This document shows, piece by piece, positions 28,845 to 38,290 of a stretch of DNA of 64,000 bases. The DNA comes from Candidatus Iainarchaeum sp. Lineage in GTDB: Archaea; Iainarchaeota; Iainarchaeia; Iainarchaeales; UBA10219. The stretch lies in NCBI GenBank assembly GCA_018304425.1, contig JAGVWE010000003.1, positions 96,001 to 160,000 of the forward strand, in the 5' to 3' direction. Numbering within the stretch: position 1 is the first letter of the stretch; every line of letters starts with the position of its first letter. The notes below the pieces were generated by a model that was not told where the DNA came from, searched no databases, and saw nothing but the letters and a program-made list of their open reading frames with translations. A program made the translations under genes and the position numbers.

Positions 28845-29600
28845 ATGGGTTTGAATCGGAAAACAATTTGTTTGCTGGCATTGCTTGCCCTGATGGGCTA
28901 TGCCTGGGCCCACGGCGAAGCCGAAGAACACGCGGAAGAAGACCGCATGGAACCCTCCGAGTACCTTCCCGTGGACCCCTGGCCCCTGGCCTTGTACGCG
29001 GGCGCCTTCATCCTCCTCGTTTCCTTCGTGGCCTTCATCTCCCGAAACCTGACCACGGACGCCCACAAGAAAATGTTCTTCATCCTCATCGCTGTGCCAA
29101 CCGTCCTCGTCACCCTCTACATGGCCGCGACCACGGTCTACTTGAACCTGGCCTCGACCTCCGGGGGCCCGGTGCACTGGCACGCGGACTACGAGATATG
29201 GGCGTGCGGCGAAAAAGTCGAACACCTGGAGGACGCGGGCCTCCTGTCAAACACCGTTGGAAGCCCTGTGCTGCACCACCATGAAGACAACCGCATCCAC
29301 GTGGAAGGCCTGGTGGTGAACAAGGAAGACATTGCCCTCGCTAAGTTCTTCAAAGTTATCGGCGGCGGCCTCACCGATTCCGCTATTACCCTCCCATTGG
29401 AGGGTGGCGCCGTGAAAACCTACCGTAACGGGGACTTGTGCCCGGACGGAAAGCCCGGCACGCTCCGCCTCTACGTCAAGGAACACCAGACCGGCCAATT
29501 CTTTGAAAGCACGGAAATCGCGGGCTACGTCATCAAGCCGGGTTTCGAGGTGCCGCCCGGGGATTATTTGAAAATCGCGTTCGAGACGGAGGGGAACTGA
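28845..29600 (+). CDS. Membrane protein with extracellular His-motif domain (HWH...HHHED..IHVE)
   Basis: Signal peptide-like start with WAHGE, two TM helices, HWHADYEI and HHHEDNRIHVEG. Confidence 0.75.
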   Translation: MGLNRKTICLLALLALMGYAWAHGEAEEHAEEDRMEPSEYLPVDPWPLALYAGAFILLVSFVAFISRNLTTDAHKKMFFILIAVPTVLVTLYMAATTVYLNLASTSGGPVHWHADYEIWACGEKVEHLEDAGLLSNTVGSPVLHHHEDNRIHVEGLVVNKEDIALAKFFKVIGGGLTDSAITLPLEGGAVKTYRNGDLCPDGKPGTLRLYVKEHQTGQFFESTEIAGYVIKPGFEVPPGDYLKIAFETEGN

Positions 29601-30311
29601 ATGGCGGTAGCCGCTTCCCTGCCCCAACTCGGCACCGTGGTGTTCACGGCCGCCATCGACTCCATCAACCCCTGCGCGATTGGAGTGCTCATCCTCCTCA
29701 TCTCAGCCATCATCGCAACGGCGCAGTCACGGGGCAGGATGCTCAAACTCGGCCTGGCCTACATCGCCGCGGTCTACGTAACCTATTTCCTGGCCGGCAT
29801 CGGGTTGAGCCTGTTCTTCACCCAAATCCCCATCTGGCTCGCGGAATACATTTCCATCCTCGTGGGCGGCTTCATCGTCTTGGCCGGCCTCGTCGAAATC
29901 AAGGACTTCTTCTGGTACGGGCAGGGGTTTACGCTGGCGATTCACCCCGAAATGGCCAAGAGAATCAGCGACTACTCCAAGAACCTCTCGGTGCCGGGCG
30001 TCATGTTCTTGGGCGCCTTCGTTGCCGGCGTCGAACTGCCTTGCACGGGCGCGCCTTATCTGGCCATTATCCTCGTGCTCAAGGAAAGCTTCAACCTCAC
30101 GGCGATAGGGTTGCTGGCCCTCTACAACGCCATCTTCGTCCTGCCCTTGCTCGTCATCCTCCTGCTGGCCTATGGCGGCATGAAGGTAACCGAGTTGAAG
30201 ATGTGGAAGGACCAGAACCGGCCCTACATGCGCCTGGCCTCGGGCCTCACCATGATCGCGTTGGGCTGGCTATTGATATTTATTGCCAATGGCACCATTA
30301 ACTTCGGGTAA
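29601..30311 (+). CDS. CcdA/DsbD-like transmembrane electron transporter
   Basis: DSINPC and ELPCTG(A)PY paired Pro-Cys motifs; six TM segments. Confidence 0.85.
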   Translation: MAVAASLPQLGTVVFTAAIDSINPCAIGVLILLISAIIATAQSRGRMLKLGLAYIAAVYVTYFLAGIGLSLFFTQIPIWLAEYISILVGGFIVLAGLVEIKDFFWYGQGFTLAIHPEMAKRISDYSKNLSVPGVMFLGAFVAGVELPCTGAPYLAIILVLKESFNLTAIGLLALYNAIFVLPLLVILLLAYGGMKVTELKMWKDQNRPYMRLASGLTMIALGWLLIFIANGTINFG

Positions 30312-30316
30312 CGCGC

Positions 30317-30595
30317 ATGACGCACACGCTGCACATCGTGAAGCGAAAGGGCCACAAGGAACCCTTTGACGAGAAAAAAGCGTATGGCAGCGTCTACTGG
30401 GCCTGCGCCAGCGCCCACGTGCACAAGGGCGAGTGCGAGCGCATCGCGGCCAAGGCCGTCAAGGCCCTGAACGACTTCATCCACGACAAGAAGGAAGTGG
30501 ACTCCGGCGACCTCTTCGACTTCCTTGGCAGGGAACTCGAGAAGCACCACAAGGACGCGGCCTACATGTTCCGCTCGCACCGCGACCTCTCCTGA
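30317..30595 (+). CDS. Stand-alone ATP-cone domain protein
   Basis: HIVKRKGHKEPFDEKK. Confidence 0.85.
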   Translation: MTHTLHIVKRKGHKEPFDEKKAYGSVYWACASAHVHKGECERIAAKAVKALNDFIHDKKEVDSGDLFDFLGRELEKHHKDAAYMFRSHRDLS

Positions 30596-30604
30596 GGCAA
30601 ACGC

Positions 30605-31120
30605 ATGGACAAGAAACTCGTCATCTACGCTTTGTCCGCCCTGATTGTCACGGCCCTGATTTTCGGGCTCGCCTCCAACCAGGCCAAGCCCCAGGAAATC
30701 CACCACCACTTCGACTTCCTTCTCTATCTCGACGGCCAAGCCGTGGACTTGGGCCAAGACCAATACCAAGCCACGGCGGAGCATCCATTGGACGAACGCG
30801 TGCACCTGCACGACGGCAACGGAAAAGTCGTGCACATCCACGCCGCGGAAGTAACCCTGGACGACTTCCTGGACAGCCTCGGCATCGAACTCCACGAAGT
30901 CGAGGGGCTGCGCATCTACGTCAACGGCCGAGAGGAAAAGCTTGGCCTAGACTATCAACCAAAAGATCTTGACCAAATCCTGGTTACGGACAGCGCCAGC
31001 GAAGCAACCATCCAAGAACAGCTGGCCTCCCTCACCAACAACGCCTGCATTTACTCCGAGAAATGCCCCGAAAGAGGCAAACCCCCGACGGAAAGCTGCG
31101 TCGGGCAATGCGTGATTTGA
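30605..31120 (+). CDS. Membrane-anchored His-motif protein (HHH.DF...HLHD...HIH), related to 28845..29600
   Basis: IHHHFDF, VHLHDGNGKVVHIHA, TLDDFLDSLG, YVNG; C-terminal C-x4-C...C-x3-C. Confidence 0.75.
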   Translation: MDKKLVIYALSALIVTALIFGLASNQAKPQEIHHHFDFLLYLDGQAVDLGQDQYQATAEHPLDERVHLHDGNGKVVHIHAAEVTLDDFLDSLGIELHEVEGLRIYVNGREEKLGLDYQPKDLDQILVTDSASEATIQEQLASLTNNACIYSEKCPERGKPPTESCVGQCVI

Positions 31121-31678
31121 ATGGAAACCGACGGCGACCACATCTATATCAACCGCAAATTCGTGCCAAAGACCCTATTGATGGGGATTTTTCTGCTGGC
31201 GCTGGGCGGAGCCCCCTTCCTGTTACCAGACGCCTCCACACTCTGGGAAACAAGCCGAGACGAAGGGATGGCATGGACCTGGCCCTTCGTGTTATTCCTC
31301 GGCGCGTGCGCAATCGTGCTCTCTGTCAAGTACTATTTTTTCCCGCAACCGCTCTTTGTGCTCTCTGCGGAAGGCATTGAATGGGGGCGGAAAGTCCGCG
31401 GCTTCAAACTCGCCTGGACTGAAATCAAGGCCCTGCAGGCGTTCACGGTCACCCACGAGAACACCCCTGTTATGCGGGGCCTGGGCGTGGTGCTTGCCAA
31501 CCCCGAAGCCGTCTTCGAACGTTTCAAAACAGTCGACAAAATCATGGCGCTTGCCTCGGAGGCAACCGGCTCCCCGGTTGTCTACCTGCCCCTGGACAAC
31601 CTGAGCGTGAGCGATGAAGAACTCTTGGCGCGCATCCGCAAGTACTTCCAGGGCCCCATCGAACTCAAGTCAACGTAG
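31121..31678 (+). CDS. Membrane protein with probable PH-like soluble domain
   Basis: Two TM helices followed by LSAEGIEW...LAWTEIK pattern. Confidence 0.55.
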   Translation: METDGDHIYINRKFVPKTLLMGIFLLALGGAPFLLPDASTLWETSRDEGMAWTWPFVLFLGACAIVLSVKYYFFPQPLFVLSAEGIEWGRKVRGFKLAWTEIKALQAFTVTHENTPVMRGLGVVLANPEAVFERFKTVDKIMALASEATGSPVVYLPLDNLSVSDEELLARIRKYFQGPIELKST

Positions 31679-31830
31679 GACGTGCTTCGCGGCCTTGAGC
31701 ACGCTGGCAGAAGGGCTGGCCACACCGGTTACGTGGCCTCACTTGGCACCGGAAATACACTCCCCATAGCATTAAAAATCGGTTCAAGGAAAGAATTGGA
31801 AAGACGCGACCCAACATTTTTGGTGTGGCC

Positions 31831-32655
31831 ATGAGAGAGGAAAGCGCACTAGTCGTATTCCAAGACCGAAAAATACGGCGAACCTGGCATGCAGGCGAAT
31901 GGTTTTATTCCGCCACGGACATCGTTCAAGTCCTTTCAGACAGCCCTGCACCAAGGCAGTATTGGGGGGTTTTAAAGGCTCGCGAGCCCCAACTGTTAAC
32001 ATTTTGTTTACGGTTGAAATTGCCAGCCGAAGACGGAAAACTTCGTTTAACTGACTGCGTTAACACTCGAAACGCATTCCGACTCATCCAGTCCGTTCCA
32101 TCCAAGAAAGCAGAGCCCTTCAAGCAGTGGCTGGCGCAACTAGGCAAGGAACGAATCGATGAAATAGAAGACCCTGAGTTGGCACAGAACAGGGTAAAGG
32201 ATTATTACGAACTTAAAGGCTATCCACAGGACTGGATTGACAAACGCCTGCGCGGCATAACCGTCAGACAGGAATTGACGGACGAATGGAAGAACCGATA
32301 CGTTACCGAAGAAAAGGAATTCGCGATACTCACCAATGAAATCAGCCGCGCAACCTTCGACAAAAGCATTCAAGAATACAAGAAGTTAAAGGGCTTGACG
32401 AAGAAAAACCAGAACTTGCGCGACCACATCACTGATTGGGAACTCATCCTCACTATGGTGGGAGAAAAGGCCACAACTGACATAACCAAGGCCAGGGACT
32501 CCAAGGGATTCCCAAAATGCAGGCAATCCGCCCAGGCAGGTGGGAAAATCGCCCGCAATACGCGGAAGGAACTCGAGCGAAAAACCGGAAAACCCGTAGT
32601 TTCCAGCGAAAACTTCAGGCACCTCACCGAAAACAAGAAAAAACGACTCGTTTAA
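31831..32655 (+). CDS. Bro-N domain protein (phage antirepressor-like)
   Basis: IRRTWHAGEWFYSATDIV, RLIQSVPSKKAEPFKQWLA, QNLRDH; lower GC than the flanks. Confidence 0.88.
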   Translation: MREESALVVFQDRKIRRTWHAGEWFYSATDIVQVLSDSPAPRQYWGVLKAREPQLLTFCLRLKLPAEDGKLRLTDCVNTRNAFRLIQSVPSKKAEPFKQWLAQLGKERIDEIEDPELAQNRVKDYYELKGYPQDWIDKRLRGITVRQELTDEWKNRYVTEEKEFAILTNEISRATFDKSIQEYKKLKGLTKKNQNLRDHITDWELILTMVGEKATTDITKARDSKGFPKCRQSAQAGGKIARNTRKELERKTGKPVVSSENFRHLTENKKKRLV

Positions 32656-32668
32656 AGCGCCGGCGCCC

Positions 32669-33670
32669 TCACACCACTTTCTTCGCCGCCTTGAGCGCGC
32701 GGTTCATGAGGGTAAGCCCGATGCCTTTTTCCGGCACGCCCTCGACGACGATGCGGCCAATGCCAGCCTTGTCGAGGAGGCGGAAGTAGGCGAAGAGCCT
32801 GCGGGCGAAGGCCTTCACCGAGGGGAACACGATGACGATTGCATCCGCCTTGACGCGCGAACGCGTGGTCAGCACGGCCGTGCGCCTGCCCTTCGCGCCC
32901 TTCAGGGCCTTCCCGAGCTTGCGGCTGGACAACGGCGGCCGGATGACCACGACTTCGGCCTTCGGCGCGTAATGCCGGTACTTCATGCCCGGGGAAAGCG
33001 CCTTGCCCCGCACCGCGCCGTGCCGCTTGACGGAGGCGTGGACGCGCACGCGGCCAATCGCCTTGCGTAGTTGCTCCAGCGTCACCGCACCCGGCCGCAG
33101 CAACTCGGGAACCGGCCGACTCAAGTCCACAATAGTGGACTCCACGCCGTGCTCGGTCGGCCCCCCATCGAGGACGGCCTCGATGCGACCCCGCAGGTCT
33201 TCGACGACGTGCTGCGCGTCCGTGGGGCTCGGTTTTCCGGCGACGTTCGCCGAAGGCGCGGCGATGGGGCAGCCGGCGGCGCGAATCAATTGGAGTGCAA
33301 CCGGATGGTCGGGCATGCGCACGGCCACGGTTTGCAGGCCGCCGGAGACCACGGATGGCACGCGCGCGGTTTTGCGGAGGACGAGCGTCAACGGGCCGGG
33401 CCAGAATTTTTTCATCAGCTTGCGGGCGGAAGATGGAATTTCGGCAACCAGCCTCCCCAGTTCACTCTGCCGTGCAACGTGCACGATGAGCGGGTTGTCG
33501 CTGGGCCTGTGCTTGGCCTTGAAAATCTTGCGACAGGCCCGCGCATGGAAGGCATCGGCTCCGAGGCCGTACACGGTTTCCGTGGGAAAAGCCACCAGGC
33601 CACCGCGGCGAAGGATAGCCGCCGCTTTTTTGATGCCGGCCTCATCCGGTTTCAGCAACAAGGTGCGCAT
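32669..33670 (-). CDS. sua5: L-threonylcarbamoyladenylate synthase Sua5
   Basis: VAFPTETVYGLGA, RPSDNPLIVH, AAPSAN, PGMKYRHYAP. Confidence 0.96.
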   Translation of the reverse strand: MRTLLLKPDEAGIKKAAAILRRGGLVAFPTETVYGLGADAFHARACRKIFKAKHRPSDNPLIVHVARQSELGRLVAEIPSSARKLMKKFWPGPLTLVLRKTARVPSVVSGGLQTVAVRMPDHPVALQLIRAAGCPIAAPSANVAGKPSPTDAQHVVEDLRGRIEAVLDGGPTEHGVESTIVDLSRPVPELLRPGAVTLEQLRKAIGRVRVHASVKRHGAVRGKALSPGMKYRHYAPKAEVVVIRPPLSSRKLGKALKGAKGRRTAVLTTRSRVKADAIVIVFPSVKAFARRLFAYFRLLDKAGIGRIVVEGVPEKGIGLTLMNRALKAAKKVV

Positions 33671-33674
33671 CCCA

Positions 33675-34025
33675 TCAGCCCAGAAACTCCTTCAAGGCCA
33701 CGGCGTTGTTGCGCGCTATGTCTTTTGCGCCGAACAAGAGCATGACCACCTTATGCCTTTTCTCCAGCATTTTCAGCTTTCCCGCCCATTCCTTGTTTTG
33801 CCTCAACTCGGCGGCATACTTTTTCCGGAAGGCCGGCCACTTGGCCGGGTCGTGGGCAAACCACTTGCGCAGCGCGTCGGAGGGCGCGATTTCCTTCAGC
33901 CACTCGTCGATGGAAGCCTTTTCCTTTGTCAGGCCGCGCGGCCAGAGCCGGTCAACGAGAACCCTGCAACCGTCTTCTTTCGCCGGCGCCTCATACACCC
34001 GTTTTACCCTGAACATCTCATTCAC
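33675..34025 (-). CDS. DUF488/YeaO family protein
   Basis: KRVYE...DG.RVLVDRLWPRG, WLKEIAPS.ALRKWF.HDP. Confidence 0.92.
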   Translation of the reverse strand: MNEMFRVKRVYEAPAKEDGCRVLVDRLWPRGLTKEKASIDEWLKEIAPSDALRKWFAHDPAKWPAFRKKYAAELRQNKEWAGKLKMLEKRHKVVMLLFGAKDIARNNAVALKEFLG

Positions 34026-34485
34026 AGCATTTATTGTATTTTTCCGGGGGCAAGGCCCTCATCCTGGCAAAGGCTTCGGCCCGTTCTTTTTCGCTCACCG
34101 ACTGGTCAATCCAGGGGTAGAGGATGTTTTCCTCCTTCTCGTTGTGGGCCTTCAGGACCTCCAGAAGGCCCTCTTCCGCTTCACCCGCCGCCGGGTTTTT
34201 TTCCCCAAACTTGTCGTGGATTTCCTCCAAAAACCCCTTGATTTGGCGGTGCTCCTGCCGCATGACAGCGGTTGGCCCGGCCTCCTTCATACCTGTGCGT
34301 TCCTCGAACAAGGGAAAGAGGATTTCCTCCTCCCATACGATGTGGCGCTGCAGCCCGACCTTGAATCCGGCGAAAAAGCGGAGCGCCCCCGCTTTGTCTT
34401 TTGGGAGGGCCCTCAAATATTCCTGGAAAATGGCGTCCAGCCGGTCATGGTCCGCGCCCATGAAGTCCTTCACCTTCTCGGTCAT
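34018..34485 (-). CDS. Hemerythrin (HHE) domain protein
   Basis: DHDRLD, HIVWEEEILFP, EH, HNEKEENILYP. Confidence 0.9.
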   Translation of the reverse strand: MTEKVKDFMGADHDRLDAIFQEYLRALPKDKAGALRFFAGFKVGLQRHIVWEEEILFPLFEERTGMKEAGPTAVMRQEHRQIKGFLEEIHDKFGEKNPAAGEAEEGLLEVLKAHNEKEENILYPWIDQSVSEKERAEAFARMRALPPEKYNKCCE

Positions 34486-34489
34486 GCCC

Positions 34490-35788
34490 TCACCTGGGCC
34501 TCGTGTAACCCCAGTAGTCCATGGCCTGCTGGAGCGCCTTGCAGGATGCGGAGGCCTCTTCCAGGCTCTTGCCTTCGAGCTTGGCTTCCAGGGCCGCCCG
34601 CATGGCAATAGCCCCCGCGTGGCTGCCTTTGGGGTGACCGTGCACGCCGCCGCCCAGCTGGAGCATGATTTCGGTGCCCAGCAAGTCGATGATTTGCGGG
34701 ATGAGGCCGGGCTGCAGGCCCCCGGAGGCAACCGGGAAAACGGGTTTCGTGTCCAGCCAGTCCTCGGCCAGGCAATGCTCTACCGGGTTCTCCCTGACTT
34801 TCTGTTGGGTGATGTGCTCCTGCACATCCAAGACCTCGTGCTTGGGCGAAACCATTTTCCCGATGTGGGTGCCGATGTGGTACTGGTCGACGCCGAGGAG
34901 GCGCACGACCTCGCCCACGGCGAGGTTCGAGAAACCATGTTTCGGGTTCCGGTCGAAGGCCCCGTGGAAGGCGCGGTGGGCGTGGATGGCGAGGCCCAGG
35001 TCCGCGCAGTGCTCGCGCAGGGTTCTGACGCTCGTCCAGCCAGAGGTTATCACATCAATCATGGCGTACTCGCCGCCCTCGCGCGCGACGAACTTTGCCC
35101 TCCGAAGCATTTCGTCCGTGGTCGGGGCGGTCACGTTAATCAAGTAACTCTTCTTTTCGCCGGTTTCCTTCTCGGCCTTGTCCCGCAACTTCAGCGAGAG
35201 CTTGACGCGCTTCTCGAAGGGATTGAATTTCTGGTTGCTCAGGTTCTCGTCGTCCTTGAGCAGGTCCAAGCCTCCCGTCCAGATGTCGTAACCGATTTGC
35301 GCGTGCTCTTTCGTGGTCATGCCGACCTTGGGCTTGGGCACGCTGAGCATGAGCGGCCGCTTCTTGACGCCGAAAATCTTCCGAATCCCTTTGATGCCGA
35401 ACTGCGGGCCGGGAAAGGCCTTGACTATCTTGGCCGGCCACTTCACATCCTGCAAGCGCAGGGAAGAAACGGCTTTCATGCCGAAGTCGTTGCCGGCAAT
35501 CGAGGCCAGGATTTGCGCCATGTTGCCGTACTCGAAGTGGTCCACGGGGTAAGCGATTTTAATCCAGCCGTCCTTGCCGGCCCAGAAGACCTTGGCCGCG
35601 ACCTTCTTGACGTGCTCGTACTTCAAGCCCACGACCTTGGCCCAGGTGCCAATCGAGCTCTCGGAGGCAACCGCGCCCCAGGCGCGCTTCTTGGTCTCCC
35701 ACCCTGGAACCCCCACGCGGAAGCTCACAATCATGTCGGATTTAGCTGGTTTATAGGAAAGGTCAACGAAGTCTTCATAGCCGGCCAA
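34490..35788 (-). CDS. rbcL: Form III RuBisCO large subunit
   Basis: ESSIGTW, PKPKVG, GGLDLLKDDENL, HAHRAFHG, GKM loop 6, SGGL, GGGVHGHP; TTG start at 35788 after a GAGGTGA RBS. Confidence 0.95.
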   Translation of the reverse strand: MAGYEDFVDLSYKPAKSDMIVSFRVGVPGWETKKRAWGAVASESSIGTWAKVVGLKYEHVKKVAAKVFWAGKDGWIKIAYPVDHFEYGNMAQILASIAGNDFGMKAVSSLRLQDVKWPAKIVKAFPGPQFGIKGIRKIFGVKKRPLMLSVPKPKVGMTTKEHAQIGYDIWTGGLDLLKDDENLSNQKFNPFEKRVKLSLKLRDKAEKETGEKKSYLINVTAPTTDEMLRRAKFVAREGGEYAMIDVITSGWTSVRTLREHCADLGLAIHAHRAFHGAFDRNPKHGFSNLAVGEVVRLLGVDQYHIGTHIGKMVSPKHEVLDVQEHITQQKVRENPVEHCLAEDWLDTKPVFPVASGGLQPGLIPQIIDLLGTEIMLQLGGGVHGHPKGSHAGAIAMRAALEAKLEGKSLEEASASCKALQQAMDYWGYTRPR

Positions 35789-35841
35789 AGCGCTCACCTC
35801 ACGCGGAAAACAACAGAATAAGGTTGAACCCGTATAAATAG

Positions 35842-36732
35842 TTGCCGCCCGAAAGGAATAAATGGAAGCGACGCCCACCTATTACCATGCACTTCATGGG
35901 GCCCTGGAAGGCCCTCCGGAGAAATCCTGCCTTTCGCAAGTGGTGGCATGGCAACTGGGAAGCAAGCGAGCCCAAGGGCACCCGGAAACGTCTCGAAGGC
36001 GCGTACAGGACAACCGTTCGGCTGGATCGGGCGGCACAGGCGGGAGCCGACACGGGAGAATACCGGTCTAACCTAGGACTCACGGAGATTCAGCGTAACT
36101 ACGGGCTCACCCTCGGCAGGTTCGCCCAGGCCATGCTTCCCACCCATGGGGATAGGCTGCGGGTGCTCGACATTGGGGCCGGCCATGGCCGCCTCCTCGC
36201 TGAGTTGCGCCAACAGCTGGGGCAGGAGAAAGTCGAGGCCCACGCCACGGGTCTGGCCAGGCCGCCGCAAGCCGAGCAGTTTCTGGGGCCTGGGAAGTAC
36301 AAGCAAGGCGTCTTCGCACGCAGCCATCGCACTTGGTTCCCGCCTCGGTCCCTCGACCTGATCACATCGATCAGGGGGGAGACCGCCGACTTCATCGATG
36401 TGCAGAGCATCGCGCGAAGCCTAAGCGACCACGGGGTCGCGCTGCTGGATGTCGGTGCCGTGGATGCGATGGAACTCGTGGCGCTCCGTGCCGAGGCCGA
36501 AAAGGCCGGGCTCAAGCTCCGCTGCGTTTCGGCTGTCCTGCAACGGGCCAACAAAAAAAGGTCGACCATCAACCTTCTTCGGGCAGGCGAGAGAGCGTTG
36601 CCGTTGACCGCGCAGGTCGAAACCATGTTCGTGTTGATGCACAGGCACCATCTGGATCCAAGGATCCAGAATGCGATAAGCAAGGACCTGGTGGATGTCA
36701 AGGGCTGGGATAGAATCAGAATCGGATTATGA
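35842..36732 (+). CDS. Class I SAM-dependent methyltransferase-like protein (true start possibly 35887 or 35896)
   Basis: RVLDIGAGHG motif I, SLDLITS. Confidence 0.75.
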   Translation: MPPERNKWKRRPPITMHFMGPWKALRRNPAFRKWWHGNWEASEPKGTRKRLEGAYRTTVRLDRAAQAGADTGEYRSNLGLTEIQRNYGLTLGRFAQAMLPTHGDRLRVLDIGAGHGRLLAELRQQLGQEKVEAHATGLARPPQAEQFLGPGKYKQGVFARSHRTWFPPRSLDLITSIRGETADFIDVQSIARSLSDHGVALLDVGAVDAMELVALRAEAEKAGLKLRCVSAVLQRANKKRSTINLLRAGERALPLTAQVETMFVLMHRHHLDPRIQNAISKDLVDVKGWDRIRIGL

Positions 36733-36823
36733 GGGCCATTGGGGAGTTCCCCAAACCCTGAAGGGGCGGGGCCATGGCCCAGCGGCTTGAACGGATTGAT
36801 TGGGGGAGGGAGGAAGGGGGGAA

Positions 36824-37189
36824 TTATTTTCCCTCCTCGAAGATGGCTTCCAACTTTTCGTTGAATTCCTCCCATTTCTTCGCCATCTCCTGCTTGCCCT
36901 TCCACTTGGCGGCAAGCACGCCCACAACCAGTTCTGCCACCTCGTCGAATTTTCTGCCATGGGCTTTCTCGAGGCGTGCCTTGATTTTTTCGGTCAACAA
37001 CTCGTGCTTGGCCCGCAAGGCCGCGCCAAAAATCATTTCAGCGTGGCCGCCGGAACCACAGCCTTTCAGGCCGCTGCCGCAGCCGCCCTCGTTGGAACCG
37101 CATTCGCAGTTGGCTTCGCCGCACTCGCACCTGCAGCCTGCACCGGTTTCTTCGCTGGAACAAGCGTCTTCCTTGATATCGCATTGCAT
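36824..37189 (-). CDS. Small protein with Cys/Gly-rich N-terminus and helical C-terminus
   Basis: CRCECGEANCECG..GCG...GCG; GGAGGT RBS; divergent from PadR. Confidence 0.75.
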   Translation of the reverse strand: MQCDIKEDACSSEETGAGCRCECGEANCECGSNEGGCGSGLKGCGSGGHAEMIFGAALRAKHELLTEKIKARLEKAHGRKFDEVAELVVGVLAAKWKGKQEMAKKWEEFNEKLEAIFEEGK

Positions 37190-37326
37190 GTTGGGAACCT
37201 CCTTGAATAGAGTAGGATGTCCTACTCAACACATATAGGACGCGCTACATATTTAAAAACATATTGGGCACCCTATATGTAAGGGCTTTCCCTATGTTTT
37301 TAATGGATTTGGACGCATTCCCTGCC

Positions 37327-37662
37327 ATGGACGGCAAGCAGTGCGCTGGAGCCCCTTGTGACATGCGTGGCTTTCTCTCTTTTTTCACGCTGTGGCTCCT
37401 GAACCAGAAGCCGCGCTCGGGCAAGGACATCGCCGAGGAAATCGGGAAAAAGAAGGGCGAGTGCCCGAAGTCGGGAACGATTTATCCGGCGCTGAAGAAC
37501 CTCAAGGAACACGGCCTCATCCAGGGAAAACGCGATGGCAAGGAAATCGTGTACTCGCTGACGGCCGACGGAAAGCGGGCCTACGAGAACGCGTTCAACT
37601 TCTTCGTGAAAGCCTATGGCGAAATCGTGCAAGGACACGAAGCCGCGCGGAAAAAAAACTGA
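37327..37662 (+). CDS. PadR family transcriptional regulator
   Basis: MRGFL..LWLL..P.SG, GTIYPALKNL...GLI, YSLTADG. Confidence 0.9.
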   Translation: MDGKQCAGAPCDMRGFLSFFTLWLLNQKPRSGKDIAEEIGKKKGECPKSGTIYPALKNLKEHGLIQGKRDGKEIVYSLTADGKRAYENAFNFFVKAYGEIVQGHEAARKKN

Positions 37663-37681
37663 AAAACTGGAGGCATGTTTC

Positions 37682-38248
37682 ATGGACTTACCCTGGGGAG
37701 ACCCCCGCAGCACCCAATTCATCACGAACGTCGGACTCATCACGAGCGACGGCCCGAACGGCCCCGACATCATGTCCAGCGAGTGGACCCACCACATTTC
37801 CTACAGCCCCGGACTCCTCGCGGTCTGCATCCGGCCGGGAGGCGCAACCCACGAGAACATCCGCTCATCCAAGGAGTTCGGCGTGAGCATCGCGGCCACC
37901 GACCAGAACGTGATGGCCAGCGTTGCCGGCACCAACAAGGGAAAGGAAGTCGACAAAATCGCGGCCCTCCAAGAACTGGGCTTCAAGTTCCGCCCGGCCA
38001 AGCAAATCAATGCCTTGATGGTGGAGGGCGCAGTGCTCAACATCGAGTGCAGGCTCAAGCAAGAGCTGGCCCTGGGCAGCCACACGGTCTTCGTCGGCGA
38101 AGCCGTCGAGGCCACCTTGAACCCGGGCAAGAAGCCCCTGGCCTACCATGCCGGCCAGTTCTGGCGCCTCACGGAAGCCATTGCCAAGCCCGGCCCCACC
38201 GAACTCGAGCGCATCGCGAAAACCGTGGCCGCGCACCAAAGGAAATAG
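37682..38248 (+). CDS. Flavin reductase-like (DIM6/NTAB) FMN-binding protein
   Basis: ISYSPGLLAVCI...THENI..SKEF, IECRL...LGSHTVFVGE. Confidence 0.9.
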   Translation: MDLPWGDPRSTQFITNVGLITSDGPNGPDIMSSEWTHHISYSPGLLAVCIRPGGATHENIRSSKEFGVSIAATDQNVMASVAGTNKGKEVDKIAALQELGFKFRPAKQINALMVEGAVLNIECRLKQELALGSHTVFVGEAVEATLNPGKKPLAYHAGQFWRLTEAIAKPGPTELERIAKTVAAHQRK

Positions 38249-38290
38249 CCGGCCGACCGCGTTAGGTTAATAAAAACGTGCCGGGGTTAA

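Noticed and set aside
31831-32655. Prophage around the Bro-N gene
   Set aside because: Solitary gene flanked by host genes; no structural or integration genes
34490-35788. Calvin-cycle carbon fixation
   Set aside because: Form III enzyme with no small subunit or phosphoribulokinase in the window; nucleoside salvage is the established role in such archaea
34124-35821. 565-aa plus-strand ORF and similar long ORFs (9275..10690, 52399..53829, 60885..62399)
   Set aside because: Antisense to rbcL, trpS, the secreted protein and dys; expected in high-GC3 sequence
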